Source: Candidatus Nealsonbacteria bacterium
GTDB lineage: Bacteria; Patescibacteriota; Minisyncoccia; Minisyncoccales; JANBVM01
DNA: 64,000 nucleotides
NCBI GenBank assembly: GCA_047456295.1
Contig: CP179887.1
Coordinates: forward strand, 45,944 to 109,943
Direction of reading: 5' to 3'
Shown here: piece after piece, positions 37,426 to 47,724 of the stretch
Layout: each line of letters starts with the position of its first letter
How positions within the stretch are numbered: the stretch's first letter is position 1
Notes under the pieces: generated by a model
Databases searched by the model: none
Seen by the model: only the letters and a program-made list of their open reading frames with translations
Told to the model about the DNA's origin: nothing
Translations under genes and position numbers: made by a program

Positions 37426-39144
37426 TTATTTTTTCTTATCAATTTCTATTTTCGCCTTTTTGATAAAACCTGTCAACTTTATTTTCCCCAAGTCTTTTCC
37501 TTTATATCTTGGTCTTACTGATTTTGTTTTCATTTCTTTGTCGCCCACTACCAAAAGGTAAGGTATTTTTTTGAGTTCTCCGTTTCTGATTTTCTTGGAT
37601 ACGGTTTCATTCTCATCTTTAAGTTTACATCGGAAGCTATCTGATAGAAGTTTTTTTGCAACCTCTTTTGAGTATTTTCTATGTTGGGAGCCTACTGGTA
37701 TTACCCATATCTGTTCAGGAGCCAACCACAAAGGCAAATTACCTGCCCAATTTTCCAATAAGACCCCGATAAATCTTTCAAAAGATCCAAGCAGAGCCCG
37801 ATGGATCATATAGGGTCTTTTTTTCTTTCCTTTTTTATTAATATATGACATGTCAAATCTTTCAGGCAGATTGAAATCAACCTGGATTGTTGTACACTGC
37901 CATTCTCTTCCCAAAGAGTCCTTTATCTTAATATCTATCTTGGGTCCATAAAATGATCCTCCTCCTTTGTCAAGGTAGTGTTTTAACCCCTCTTTTTTTA
38001 ATACGTATTTTAAAGCATTCGTTGCTTTTTCCCAGCCCTTTTTTGTTCCGACATATTTTATAGGACGGGTGGAAAGATAAATATCAAACTCTTTAAAACC
38101 AAAAGCCCTTAAGATTTTTAGACTGTGTTTCAAGAGTTTTATAACCTCTTCAGCTAACTGATCTTGGGTGCACCAGACATGGGCGTCATCCTGGGTAAAA
38201 CCCCTTACCCTTGTCAAACCATGCAAGACTCCAGATTTCTCATAACGGTAAACCGTACCAAATTCTGCGTATTTAATGGGTAGTTCTTTATAGCTTCTGA
38301 TTTCAGATTGATAGATTTTTATATGAAAAGGACAATTCATGGGTTTTAATATGTATTGTTCTTTCTCAACCTTCATTGGGGAGTACATATTTTCTCTATA
38401 AAAGTCCCAGTGACCAGATTTTTTCCAGAGCTCTAATTTTCCGATATGGGGCGAGACCAGCCATTGATATCCTTGAGAGGTTAATTCTTTGTACATATAG
38501 TCTTGAATAATCTTTATCAAGATAGCTCCATTGGGATACCATATATGGAGTCCAGCCCCAACCTCCTCGTCAGAGTAAAACAGCTTTAATTTCTGACCCA
38601 AAATCCGGTGGTCTCTTTTTTCAGCTTCCTTTAATTTGAAAACATGATTGTCTAATTCTTTCTTTGTTTTGAAAGCGATTCCGTAAATCCGGGTCAGCAT
38701 GGGATTCTTTTCATTTCCTTTCCAGTAAGCCCCTGCAATCTTTGTTATCTTGAAAGCATTGGGATTGATTTCTTTTGTTGATTTAACATGGGGACCCTGG
38801 CATAAATCTATGAAATTACCACTTTCATAAAAGGTTAACTTACCTTTTGCTAATTTTTTCATCAACTCTCGTTTATATGGTTGTTTCTTGAAGATTTTAT
38901 TGATTTCTTGTTTTGACAATCTTCTCTTCTTAAAGGAGATATTTTTTTTAATGAGTTCTTTCATCTTTTTTTCAATCTTTGGTAAATCATCTGGGGTTAA
39001 AGCTTCTCTGGGGAAACCAAAATCATAATAAAATCCATTTTCAATTGCAGGTCCTATGCCAAATCTCACCCCAGGGAATAATTCCTGGACAGCATGAGCC
39101 ATTACATGGGAGAGTGAATGACGGATTGTTTCAATTTTAGCCAT
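37426..39144 (-). CDS. thrS: threonyl-tRNA synthetase (lacks N-terminal TGS domain)
   Basis: MAKIETIRHSLSHVMAHAV second-additional domain and class II core HRALLGSFERFIG. Confidence 0.85.
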   Translation of the reverse strand: MAKIETIRHSLSHVMAHAVQELFPGVRFGIGPAIENGFYYDFGFPREALTPDDLPKIEKKMKELIKKNISFKKRRLSKQEINKIFKKQPYKRELMKKLAKGKLTFYESGNFIDLCQGPHVKSTKEINPNAFKITKIAGAYWKGNEKNPMLTRIYGIAFKTKKELDNHVFKLKEAEKRDHRILGQKLKLFYSDEEVGAGLHIWYPNGAILIKIIQDYMYKELTSQGYQWLVSPHIGKLELWKKSGHWDFYRENMYSPMKVEKEQYILKPMNCPFHIKIYQSEIRSYKELPIKYAEFGTVYRYEKSGVLHGLTRVRGFTQDDAHVWCTQDQLAEEVIKLLKHSLKILRAFGFKEFDIYLSTRPIKYVGTKKGWEKATNALKYVLKKEGLKHYLDKGGGSFYGPKIDIKIKDSLGREWQCTTIQVDFNLPERFDMSYINKKGKKKRPYMIHRALLGSFERFIGVLLENWAGNLPLWLAPEQIWVIPVGSQHRKYSKEVAKKLLSDSFRCKLKDENETVSKKIRNGELKKIPYLLVVGDKEMKTKSVRPRYKGKDLGKIKLTGFIKKAKIEIDKKK

Positions 39145-39343
39145 GATTTTATTAGTTTATTTTACTATAAAAATTGACCTTTTAAAAATAAAAACCTCTT
39201 TTTTTCAAGAGTCTAGCTTAAAGAATTGTTTAAAATTCCCAAACCAGACCTTTAAGAGGTTGTAGTGGTAGTTGTAATTCTATTGCTTAGATTCTTTGAC
39301 ATCCTGATTTTAATTTTAGAGGGAATAAAAATCTTGTCAAGCA

Positions 39344-42300
39344 TCAGGCTTCCATAATCTCTTCAATGTTTTCACAGATGAGCTTTGGGGTTTCGCTTCG
39401 TCTATCAACCCTTCCTGAAACCAGAACGATTTTATTTTCCTTGAAAGCAGTAGGATTCTTTTCAATTATTGTTGGAAATACCACAACCTCAATTCTATCG
39501 GATAAATCCTCCAAAGTCATAAAAAACATGAGTCTTCCGGTTTTGGTAATAATCTTTTTTATCCTTGAAATAATTCCTCCAATCCTAACGTGACGGTTTG
39601 TTAAAGCAGGGACCAGGCTGGAAATTTTAGTTGCCTTTTTTTCTAAGATATCCTGGAAATCTTCCAAAGGATGGGAACTGACAAAAAGTCCTAACAGTTC
39701 TTTTTCCCAGGCCAGTTTTTGTCTTTTGGTAGCAGCCTCAATAGGTTGAAGATGAAGCTTATTGTTAAACTTCATTCCCTCAAAAAGCCCTTTTTGACCT
39801 GTGGTTAATATTTTTTGATTTTCCCGGCTGCAATCTAGAATCTTTTCTATGTTGAATAAAAGCAGGTTTCTTTCAACCAGTTTGTCAAAGGCACCGGCTT
39901 TAATAAGGCTTTGCAGGGATTTTTTGTTTAAATCAGTTGAACTTATCCTTAAGATAAAGTCATCTATTGACTGGAAGAGACCTTTATTTTTTCTCTCCTG
40001 GACTATGGATTCCACAATATTTGAACCAACATTTTTAATGGCCAATAATCCGAAACGAATTTGTTTTTTATTAGGAATAACCGTGAAGTTTCTCCAGCTC
40101 TGGTTTATATCAGGAGCCAGGATTTCAATGTCCATTCTTTTGCATTCCTGCATTAAAAATCCAATCCTTTCCACATCAGCCTTGCTTGAGGTTAAAAGAG
40201 CAGCCATAAATTCTACTGGAAAATGGGCTTTAAGATAAGCTGTTTGATAAGCAATAGTGGAATAGGCGCAGGAGTGGCTTCTGTTAAATCCGTAGCTGGC
40301 AAAGGGTAAAATCCATTGCCATATCTTCTGGGCAATCCTTTGTTCTATTCCGTTTTTCATCATTCCCTGGATTAGTTTTTCTTTTTGAGCCATAAGCAGG
40401 GATTTAATCTTTTTTCCAACAGCCTTTCTCAAGATGTCTGCTTCAGAAAGAGTGAAGCCTGCCAATTTTTGGGCAATGAGCATTAGGTCTTCCTGGTATA
40501 TGAGAAGGCCATAGGTTTTTCCCAGGATCTCTTTTAAGCTAGGATGTAAATATTCCACCTGTTTTTTTCCTTTTTTTCTGGCAATATATTCAGGAATAAG
40601 AGACATGGGACCTGGTCTATAAAGAGCAACCATGGTTATGATGTCTTCAAATTCAGTTGGTTTTAATTGTTTTAAGTATCGTTGAAAACCAGCTGATTCT
40701 AATTGAAAAACTCCGACTGTTTTTCCTTTTTGCAATAATTGATAGGTTTTTTTGTCGTTGAGAGGGATATTCTCAATGTCAATCTTCTTTTTCTTTCTAA
40801 CAACATAGATTCTTGTTAAGGTATCTTCAATAATGGTTAGATTCTTCAGTCCCAGGAAATCCATTTTCAGGAAACCCAGATCCTCTATTGAATGCATTTC
40901 ATATTGGGTAACAATAGTTGAATCATTCTGAGTGGGATGCTGTAAGGGAATGTCATTATCTAAGGATTCTTTTGAAATTACCACTCCGCAGGCATGGGTT
41001 GAGGCATGTCTGGCTACACCCTCCATTTTTTTTGCAAAATCAATAAGTTTTGTTGCTTTAGGATCTGTTTCATAAAGTTGTCTGAATTCAGGAATCTTTG
41101 CCAGGGTTTCATCCAGGGTAGAACCAAAAGGAATCATTTTTGCAACCCTGTCACAATAGCTATAAGCATAGTTAAGGGCTCTTCCAACATCTCTTACAGC
41201 TGCCCTGGCAGCCATTGTTCCAAAAGTAATGATTTGGGCTACCCGGTCTCTTCCGTATTTTTCAGCCACATATTCAATTACTTCATCCCTTCTTCTGTCG
41301 GTAAAATCCAAATCAATATCAGGCATTGATATGCGGGCAGGATTAAGAAATCTTTCAAATAAGAGATTATATTTCAAAGGGTCAATAGTTGTAATGCCTA
41401 AAACATAAGATACCAATGATCCCCCGACAGAACCCCTGCCTGGACCCACCACAATTCTTTTTTCTTTTGCCCAATTAACAAAATCCTGGACAATCAAAAA
41501 ATAAGAAGAAAAACCCATTTTATCAATCATGTCTAATTCATAGTTTAATCTGTCTAGGACCTCTTTTTTTGCCAGAGGCCCAAACTTTTTCTTTACTCCC
41601 TGAAGACATAAGTGCTTAATATATTCACCAGGCGTTTGGTTGTTTGGCGTTTCAAAATGAGGCAGTTTTGTTTTTCCGAGAACAAAATCAAAATTGCAGC
41701 TTTGCGCTATCCTTTGCGTATTTTCAATAGCTTGGGGTACATCCTTGAAATCTTCAATCATTTTTTCAGGAAGCCTTAAAGAAAAATCATCTGCTTTCAT
41801 GGTCAGTCTTTCCGGGTCATTGGGGTCAGATCCAGTATTAATAAGCATTAAGATGTCCTGGGCCTCTGCATCCTCTGGTCTTAAATAATGAGAGTCGTTT
41901 GTAGCTACCAGGGGAATGTTTAATTCTTTTGATATTAAGATAAGACCCTGATTGACAATTCCTTGCTCTCTTAGATTGGGATGGTGTTGTAGTTCTAAAT
42001 AAAAATTTCCTTTGCCTAAAATCTCCTGATATTTTAAAGCAGCTTTTTTAGCTGTCTCAGGTTTTTTGGCTAGAATTAACTGGGGGATTTTTCCCTGGAT
42101 ACAGGCTGATAAACCAATAAGTCCTTCTGAATAGCGGGATAATAGTTCTTCATCAATCCTGGGTTTGTAGTAAAAACCTTCCAGATGAGCTTTTGTTAAG
42201 AGTTTTACCAGATTCTTATAACCTGTTTTGTCTTTAACCAATAAAACCAAATGATATCTTCTATTATCAATGTTTGGCCTTTTTTGATGCATGCTTTCCA

Positions 42301-42517
42301 GGGCCATATATACTTCACAACCAATTATGGGCTTTATTCCTTTTTTCTTTGCCTTTTTGTAAAATTCAACTGCCCCGTAAAGAACCCCATGATCGGTTAT
42401 GGCAACAGAATCCATTCCCTGTTCTTTTACGTAATCCAAAAGTTCATCGATTTTTGGAAGGCCATCGAGCAGGGAATAATGACTATGAACGTGGAGATGG
42501 GTAAATTTTTTATCCAT
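39344..42517 (-). CDS. dnaE: DNA polymerase III alpha subunit
   Basis: PHP domain FTHLHVHSHYSLLDG; 1057 aa. Confidence 0.9.
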   Translation of the reverse strand: MDKKFTHLHVHSHYSLLDGLPKIDELLDYVKEQGMDSVAITDHGVLYGAVEFYKKAKKKGIKPIIGCEVYMALESMHQKRPNIDNRRYHLVLLVKDKTGYKNLVKLLTKAHLEGFYYKPRIDEELLSRYSEGLIGLSACIQGKIPQLILAKKPETAKKAALKYQEILGKGNFYLELQHHPNLREQGIVNQGLILISKELNIPLVATNDSHYLRPEDAEAQDILMLINTGSDPNDPERLTMKADDFSLRLPEKMIEDFKDVPQAIENTQRIAQSCNFDFVLGKTKLPHFETPNNQTPGEYIKHLCLQGVKKKFGPLAKKEVLDRLNYELDMIDKMGFSSYFLIVQDFVNWAKEKRIVVGPGRGSVGGSLVSYVLGITTIDPLKYNLLFERFLNPARISMPDIDLDFTDRRRDEVIEYVAEKYGRDRVAQIITFGTMAARAAVRDVGRALNYAYSYCDRVAKMIPFGSTLDETLAKIPEFRQLYETDPKATKLIDFAKKMEGVARHASTHACGVVISKESLDNDIPLQHPTQNDSTIVTQYEMHSIEDLGFLKMDFLGLKNLTIIEDTLTRIYVVRKKKKIDIENIPLNDKKTYQLLQKGKTVGVFQLESAGFQRYLKQLKPTEFEDIITMVALYRPGPMSLIPEYIARKKGKKQVEYLHPSLKEILGKTYGLLIYQEDLMLIAQKLAGFTLSEADILRKAVGKKIKSLLMAQKEKLIQGMMKNGIEQRIAQKIWQWILPFASYGFNRSHSCAYSTIAYQTAYLKAHFPVEFMAALLTSSKADVERIGFLMQECKRMDIEILAPDINQSWRNFTVIPNKKQIRFGLLAIKNVGSNIVESIVQERKNKGLFQSIDDFILRISSTDLNKKSLQSLIKAGAFDKLVERNLLLFNIEKILDCSRENQKILTTGQKGLFEGMKFNNKLHLQPIEAATKRQKLAWEKELLGLFVSSHPLEDFQDILEKKATKISSLVPALTNRHVRIGGIISRIKKIITKTGRLMFFMTLEDLSDRIEVVVFPTIIEKNPTAFKENKIVLVSGRVDRRSETPKLICENIEEIMEA

Positions 42518-42713
42518 GTCATTATATAAAGTTTAGCTCGCTCAGGGCGAGCATTGTATCATTTTACTTTTTTGGGTCTTCCAAGTCAAATTTTAAAAAT
42601 TATCAGATATCTTTTATAAAATTTGGACAGGCTAAGCCTGTCCAAAGAAGATAAAGTCTTAAGGCCTTATATGTAGACCTTAAGACCGCCCTATTTTTTA
42701 TTTTGAGTTTGAA

Positions 42714-42774
42714 ATATAATTAAGAAATGAAATACCCAAATTTTTCTGAAGAAAAAAAGTTATGGAAAAAGGGA
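42714..42774 (+). repeat. 61-bp direct repeat copy 1 (duplicate of rnhB promoter and first 12 codons)
   Basis: atataattaagaaatgaaatacccaaatttttctgaagaaaaaaagttatgGaaaaaggga; 60/61 identity with 46251..46311. Confidence 0.85.
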
Positions 42775-42848
42775 AAATCCAAACCAACATTCAGTAAATA
42801 AAATATGCCCCATCATTATTTGGTGGGGCTTTTCTTTCAAGGATTTTC

Positions 42849-44177
42849 TTATTCTAAAAGTTCGACTTGCTCCTCTTGGGCTTCAAACTCTACTTTGCTT
42901 TCTTCATTGAAGGATGGTATGAAAAAATCTGGAGGGATTAGTTCGACCTCTGAAATGCTTAAAATTCTAATCTTTGAAGGAATAAACGAACCTGCTTCCG
43001 TCCGCCTGCCTTTAGCTTCAATGATATCTCCTCGTTGAAAATCTTTTAACTTTATCTCTTTTTTGTCCTTGTTTAAGAGCATCGTTTTCTCGGTGAGTGC
43101 CACGCTTATCTCCTTTCCTTGCTGTTCTTGTATTGTAATGACTTTGGCACTTAATGCTACATCGGTAATCCTTCCTGTCACGGTATCCAAGAGGTATTGT
43201 TCTATGTTTGTTTGATGTTCCTCGTAGGTTTTGGCAGGGTGAATCTGTCCTTCGCTGTCGTGCAGGTAGTAAAGGTATTCGCTGTCCTCTGAATTAATCA
43301 CTGCATCAATCGCTGCCAGTCCTGGATTGCAGATTGGTGCTGGCGGGCGTCCTGTGTGCAGATAGGTGTTATAAGGGGAATCGGTTTTGTATTCCTCTGG
43401 CTTCACCTTCTTCCACCAGTTGCCTGGCTCTCCCAGTGCGTATTGAACGGTGGCGTCTATTTCAAACCTCATGTCCTGCAGCCATCTGTTCCAGATGATT
43501 CCCGCAACCAGAGGCATCTGTTTTTCATTGCCTGCTTCTCTCTGAATCAGCGAGGCGAGGACAATTAAAGTGTCGTTTCTGATGTTGTTTTTTTCTGCTT
43601 CTTTAAAAAGGTCTGCCACTTCCTCATTAAACTTGTCCTTCATTCTCTCGGCTACTTCTTGGCCAGTGTAATCTACGTTGAGCAGATAGGTGTCTGGAAA
43701 CAAGTAGCCCTCTTTAGTCCAGCTGAGAAACCTTCTTTCTTCCACTTCTGGCCAACCGATTTTCTCCTGAACCATTTCTGCTATTTCTTCTTTTCTCAGC
43801 CCCTCTGGGATCACTATCCATTTCTGGTAAGGATGATTGACCAGCGTGTCGGCCAAAAACCAAGCGTCCATTCCTTTTGAGACTATGTATCCGCCTGGTT
43901 CAATTTTGCCCTGCCACCCCTTTCTTTTTAATACGAAGTTAAACGCCCACTCGCTTCTGATGTAGCCCTGCTCTTTCAGCTTAGGAATGAATTCTTCTTC
44001 TGTTGTGGCCAGGTTGATTACGATTCGTTCTTCCTCTGCTGTTCTCTGCGGTGCTGAAAACTGATAAAAAAATACAGCAATAACGATTGCTGTCGCCAGG
44101 ACTATCCCGCTTCCGATTGCTATTTTTTTATTTCTGGTTATCACTGTCATTATCTTTTTATCATAAAATAAAGTCAA
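42849..44177 (-). CDS. MltG/YceG-like endolytic transglycosylase paralog with ~130-aa C-terminal extension
   Basis: N-terminal TM; SPYNTYLHTGRPPAPICNPG YceG motif; GC-richer than surroundings. Confidence 0.7.
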   Translation of the reverse strand: MTLFYDKKIMTVITRNKKIAIGSGIVLATAIVIAVFFYQFSAPQRTAEEERIVINLATTEEEFIPKLKEQGYIRSEWAFNFVLKRKGWQGKIEPGGYIVSKGMDAWFLADTLVNHPYQKWIVIPEGLRKEEIAEMVQEKIGWPEVEERRFLSWTKEGYLFPDTYLLNVDYTGQEVAERMKDKFNEEVADLFKEAEKNNIRNDTLIVLASLIQREAGNEKQMPLVAGIIWNRWLQDMRFEIDATVQYALGEPGNWWKKVKPEEYKTDSPYNTYLHTGRPPAPICNPGLAAIDAVINSEDSEYLYYLHDSEGQIHPAKTYEEHQTNIEQYLLDTVTGRITDVALSAKVITIQEQQGKEISVALTEKTMLLNKDKKEIKLKDFQRGDIIEAKGRRTEAGSFIPSKIRILSISEVELIPPDFFIPSFNEESKVEFEAQEEQVELLE

Positions 44178-44247
44178 GGGCTTTAGTTCTAAACCAAAAA
44201 ACCTCTTTGGATTGGCAGAGATTTTTTGGTTTTAAAATTCCTAAGTT

Positions 44248-44799
44248 TTACCAATAAATTCTTGAGGCATCGGCGTAAATCCTCTTATCAGCAGGAGATC
44301 CACAATCTGTAACTATCAATCTGTCTTTCTCGGAACTCCAATAGGAGGCGAATCCGTAACAACTATATTTTCCGACGCAAGGACATGTGTGAGCGTTTGT
44401 CCATCCGTAGGTGTTGTAGTGGTCTATTTTTCCTATGCAGTAGGTCGGAATATAATCCTTGTTGTAAAAATGATAATCTGCGTATGTGACTGGATTTGTT
44501 TCATACCAGGGGATGTAAAAATACGAGTCACTATCTCCTACCCACTGGTTATTCGTGGTGAATCTCCAAGAAGCATAGTCAGCCCACCCGTAAGGCAACC
44601 ACCCTGCATCGCAATTATAACTCAGTGCACTGAAGGTGTAATAATCCGTTGAGCAAACTCTGTTTGCTGGATTGTGAATTGCCCAATAACCCGCTAAATA
44701 ACGGTCGCAGGATGTCTCGTAGCCCGCTAATACCACCCCTATTATTACTGCCACTAATGCCACTCCAAGAATTGTCGCAATAATTGTTTTCTTTCCCAT
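44248..44799 (-). CDS. membrane-anchored Tyr/Trp/Cys-rich protein
   Basis: N-terminal TM; about 14% Tyr, many W and 8 Cys; no known domain. Confidence 0.5.
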   Translation of the reverse strand: MGKKTIIATILGVALVAVIIGVVLAGYETSCDRYLAGYWAIHNPANRVCSTDYYTFSALSYNCDAGWLPYGWADYASWRFTTNNQWVGDSDSYFYIPWYETNPVTYADYHFYNKDYIPTYCIGKIDHYNTYGWTNAHTCPCVGKYSCYGFASYWSSEKDRLIVTDCGSPADKRIYADASRIYW

Positions 44800-44803
44800 A
44801 GTT

Positions 44804-45679
44804 TTATGGAAGCCAATTTTGGTAATTAATAATTTCTCCTTTTACTGGTTCAACCGCTACTAAAATCTGGTAATCTTTGGGTGTTTTCTCGCCTGTGGCA
44901 GGATAAATAAAAATGAAGGTGTTTCCTTTTTCTGTTGCCCGTTGAACTTCACAATTTTCTATTACCTCTTTTGCTTTTGCTTCTCCTATTGTTTTAGTCA
45001 GAAGGGTTAAAACATTTTCCCTCGCTTCTTTTTCGGTTATCTTTCCTTCTTTGTAACGGCAATTTTCGTCGAGAATGTCTTGACGGGTTTTGCACCAATT
45101 TTCTCCCCCTATTTGCAAACTGAGAATTTTGTTTTTGTCTACATCAAAATAGAAAATTCGCCCTTGCTCGTCTGTGTATTCTTCCATTACATTCTCTTTG
45201 GTGTAGGGATTTCCGCTAACTTTCTGATAGACCACATTGCTTTCTCCAAATAAATCTTTAATTTGTTTGATTGTTTCTGCTCTTTCCTCTATTGGTCTCT
45301 CTAAATTTTCTTTAATTAAATTTTCTCTGTGAATCTGTATTTCAAGGAAATCAATTTCTTTGCCTACCTCTTCTTTTAAACGAGGGGAGAAAACTATCAC
45401 ATAGGTTTCTTTATTGCTGGCGAGATACTCCATTGTCTCCAATTCTTCTCCTATTGTTTGTTTGATTCTTTGAATTTTTTCTTCTACTCCTTCTTCTCCC
45501 TTTCGGAATATTTGGATTATTCCATCTTTTTTAAAACCCAAATCTTTTTTGCCTTCTTCATAATACTGAAGGTTAGGGTCTTTTTGGTATTTCTCTGATA
45601 CTCCTATTACTATTCCTGCTGCTACTCCCACTACTAATGTTGATAAGCCAACGCCAAGTAGTATTTTTTTAATTTCCAT
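44804..45679 (-). CDS. membrane-anchored hypothetical protein
   Basis: N-terminal TM helix, 291 aa, no known domain. Confidence 0.5.
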   Translation of the reverse strand: MEIKKILLGVGLSTLVVGVAAGIVIGVSEKYQKDPNLQYYEEGKKDLGFKKDGIIQIFRKGEEGVEEKIQRIKQTIGEELETMEYLASNKETYVIVFSPRLKEEVGKEIDFLEIQIHRENLIKENLERPIEERAETIKQIKDLFGESNVVYQKVSGNPYTKENVMEEYTDEQGRIFYFDVDKNKILSLQIGGENWCKTRQDILDENCRYKEGKITEKEARENVLTLLTKTIGEAKAKEVIENCEVQRATEKGNTFIFIYPATGEKTPKDYQILVAVEPVKGEIINYQNWLP

Positions 45680-45965
45680 GAGTTTGTTTCTTTTAATCTT
45701 TCTTCGACCTTTGTGGTTTCCCCCTATCGCTTCGAGCCAATCCTCGCTTCGATAGTTTGTTGGGGATTCCTATCTTTTATTTTCACTTTTCCTTGAAATC
45801 AAGTCAAGGGGGTTTCTTTTTTCCCCGTGTTCGATTCTGTTGTCTCTATTCTGAATGCGTAGCCATCTTGGATGAAAATTGTAATCCTGCCAAATTTCAA
45901 TTTTCGGGCATCTTGGTATGCCTTCTTAATGATTCGCCTTGCTCTTTTTTCTCTGTTTTCTTTTT

Positions 45966-46244
45966 TTATCGGTTTGGTTCATACTTTAGCCGTTTTTTTA
46001 ATGCGATGTGCCAGTAAATAAGTGCAGTCCAGAAGTGGTCTGCTCCCGAGTTCGCCCATTCTCTTTTTTCCTGCCCGTATTTGTCGGTGACGGTTCTGGC
46101 GTAAATGGTCTGGGCATGTTTGATTAATAATTGAAAGGTTGGTGCTTCTTTTGGCATTGCGAAGGTAATGTCCCCTCTCATTAAGGCAGAGATGGTATCG
46201 TCGTAGATTCTGTTTCTTGAGGTGAACACTTTCATTAGTTTCAA
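45966..46244 (-). CDS. 92-aa hypothetical; possible C-terminal nuclease-fold fragment (terminase-like GxDH..[DT]AL.Y motif)
   Basis: GADHFWTALIYWHIAL; abuts DR2. Confidence 0.3.
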   Translation of the reverse strand: MKLMKVFTSRNRIYDDTISALMRGDITFAMPKEAPTFQLLIKHAQTIYARTVTDKYGQEKREWANSGADHFWTALIYWHIALKKRLKYEPNR

Positions 46245-46250
46245 ATTTTA

Positions 46251-46311
46251 ATATAATTAAGAAATGAAATACCCAAATTTTTCTGAAGAAAAAAAGTTAT
46301 GCAAAAAGGGA
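46251..46311 (+). repeat. 61-bp direct repeat copy 2 (native rnhB promoter/start)
   Basis: see copy 1. Confidence 0.85.
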
Positions 46312-46923
46312 TTTAAAAGAGTGGTTGGATTAGACGAGGCAGGAAGAGGACCCTTGGCAGGACCTGTGCTGGCTGGAGCAGTTATGGTCAATTCAAAATT
46401 CAGAATTAAAAATTCAAAATTAAAAGTAAACGATTCAAAAAAGCTTTCAGAGAAAAAAAGAAGAGAACTGTATAAAATTTTAGTGAATCATTCCCAGATA
46501 GAGTGGGGAATAGGCAGGGTTTCAGAAAAAGTCATTGATAGAATCAATATCCTGGAAGCCACCAAATTGGCAATGAAAAGAGCTATTAAGAATCTGGGAA
46601 AGAAATTAAAAAAGAAACAACAGAAAAAATCAGATTCAGTTGGTTTTTTAATTTTAGACGGGAGAATAAAGCTTGATTTGGATATTCCTCAGAAATCAAT
46701 CATTAAAGCTGATAACAAGGTTTTTTCCTGTGCCGCGGCATCCATTATAGCTAAGGTAAGCAGGGACAGGATAATGCAAAGGTGGGATAAAAAATACGTT
46801 AGATATGGATTCTTAAAACATAAGGGATATGCTACCAAGCTTCACCTTAAGATGTTAAAGAAATACAAACCCTGTAAGATTCACAGAAAGAGTTTCAAAC
46901 CAGTGCAGAGATTGCTTCATTAA
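46264..46923 (+). CDS. rnhB: ribonuclease HII
   Basis: VGLDEAGRGPLAGPVLAGAV active-site motif. Confidence 0.85.
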   Translation: MKYPNFSEEKKLCKKGFKRVVGLDEAGRGPLAGPVLAGAVMVNSKFRIKNSKLKVNDSKKLSEKKRRELYKILVNHSQIEWGIGRVSEKVIDRINILEATKLAMKRAIKNLGKKLKKKQQKKSDSVGFLILDGRIKLDLDIPQKSIIKADNKVFSCAAASIIAKVSRDRIMQRWDKKYVRYGFLKHKGYATKLHLKMLKKYKPCKIHRKSFKPVQRLLH

Positions 46924-46983
46924 ATTGAGAAGCTTGATTTTTATAAAAAATAATGTAAGAATATAAAATTAACTTTTAATTTA

Positions 46984-47268
46984 ATGGCTGTACCCAAGAA
47001 GAGAACGACAAAGTCAAAACGGGATAAAAGAAGGCTCCATATTTTTTTAAAGAAACCTGTTTTAGCCAGATGTCCAAAATGTGGTAAGTTATTATTACCC
47101 CATACCCTTTGTTCTTATTGCGGGTATTATAAAGGGAGGGAGATTGTAAACATTCTTGGTAAAATGACCAAAAAAGAAAGGAAGAAAAGAGAAAAAGAAA
47201 TGAAGGAAAAAGACAAAGAAACCCAAAAGAAGAAACCCTTGGACTGGAAGCAGTTATCTAAAAGATAA
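46984..47268 (+). CDS. rpmF: 50S ribosomal protein L32 with K/E-rich C-terminal extension
   Basis: [17 protein letters not shown]...CPKCG...CSYCGYY. Confidence 0.85.
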   Translation: MAVPKKRTTKSKRDKRRLHIFLKKPVLARCPKCGKLLLPHTLCSYCGYYKGREIVNILGKMTKKERKKREKEMKEKDKETQKKKPLDWKQLSKR

Positions 47269-47275
47269 ATCACAT

Positions 47276-47722
47276 ATGGCTTCAAGACACTTATCACGAA
47301 GTATCGCTATGCAATCCCTTTATGAATGGGATTTTAGCAATAAAGAACTGGATTTGGACAAAATCGTTGAAAAGAATTTAAAGGAGTTTGGTCCAGGATT
47401 AGAGGATCAAGGATTTGTCTGGGAGCTGGTAACAGGAGTGGTTGAACATTTAAAAGAGATTAATGAGATTATTACAAAGGCTGCTCCTCAATGGCCTCTG
47501 CAGCAGATTTCCATTGTTGATAGAAATATCCTGAGAATCGGGATTTACGAGTTGTTATACGAAGATAGAAAAGCTGTTCCTCCCAAGGTAGCCATTAATG
47601 AGGCAATTGAATTGGCAAAATCCTTTGGAGGTGAAAATTCAGGAAAATTTATAAACGGGGTCCTGGGAACGGTCTTTGAACTTATTTCTTCTTCTGAAAA
47701 AGAACAAAAACCCAAGAAATAA
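47276..47722 (+). CDS. nusB: transcription antitermination factor NusB
   Basis: [18 protein letters not shown]; 148 aa. Confidence 0.8.
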   Translation: MASRHLSRSIAMQSLYEWDFSNKELDLDKIVEKNLKEFGPGLEDQGFVWELVTGVVEHLKEINEIITKAAPQWPLQQISIVDRNILRIGIYELLYEDRKAVPPKVAINEAIELAKSFGGENSGKFINGVLGTVFELISSSEKEQKPKK

Positions 47723-47724
47723 CA

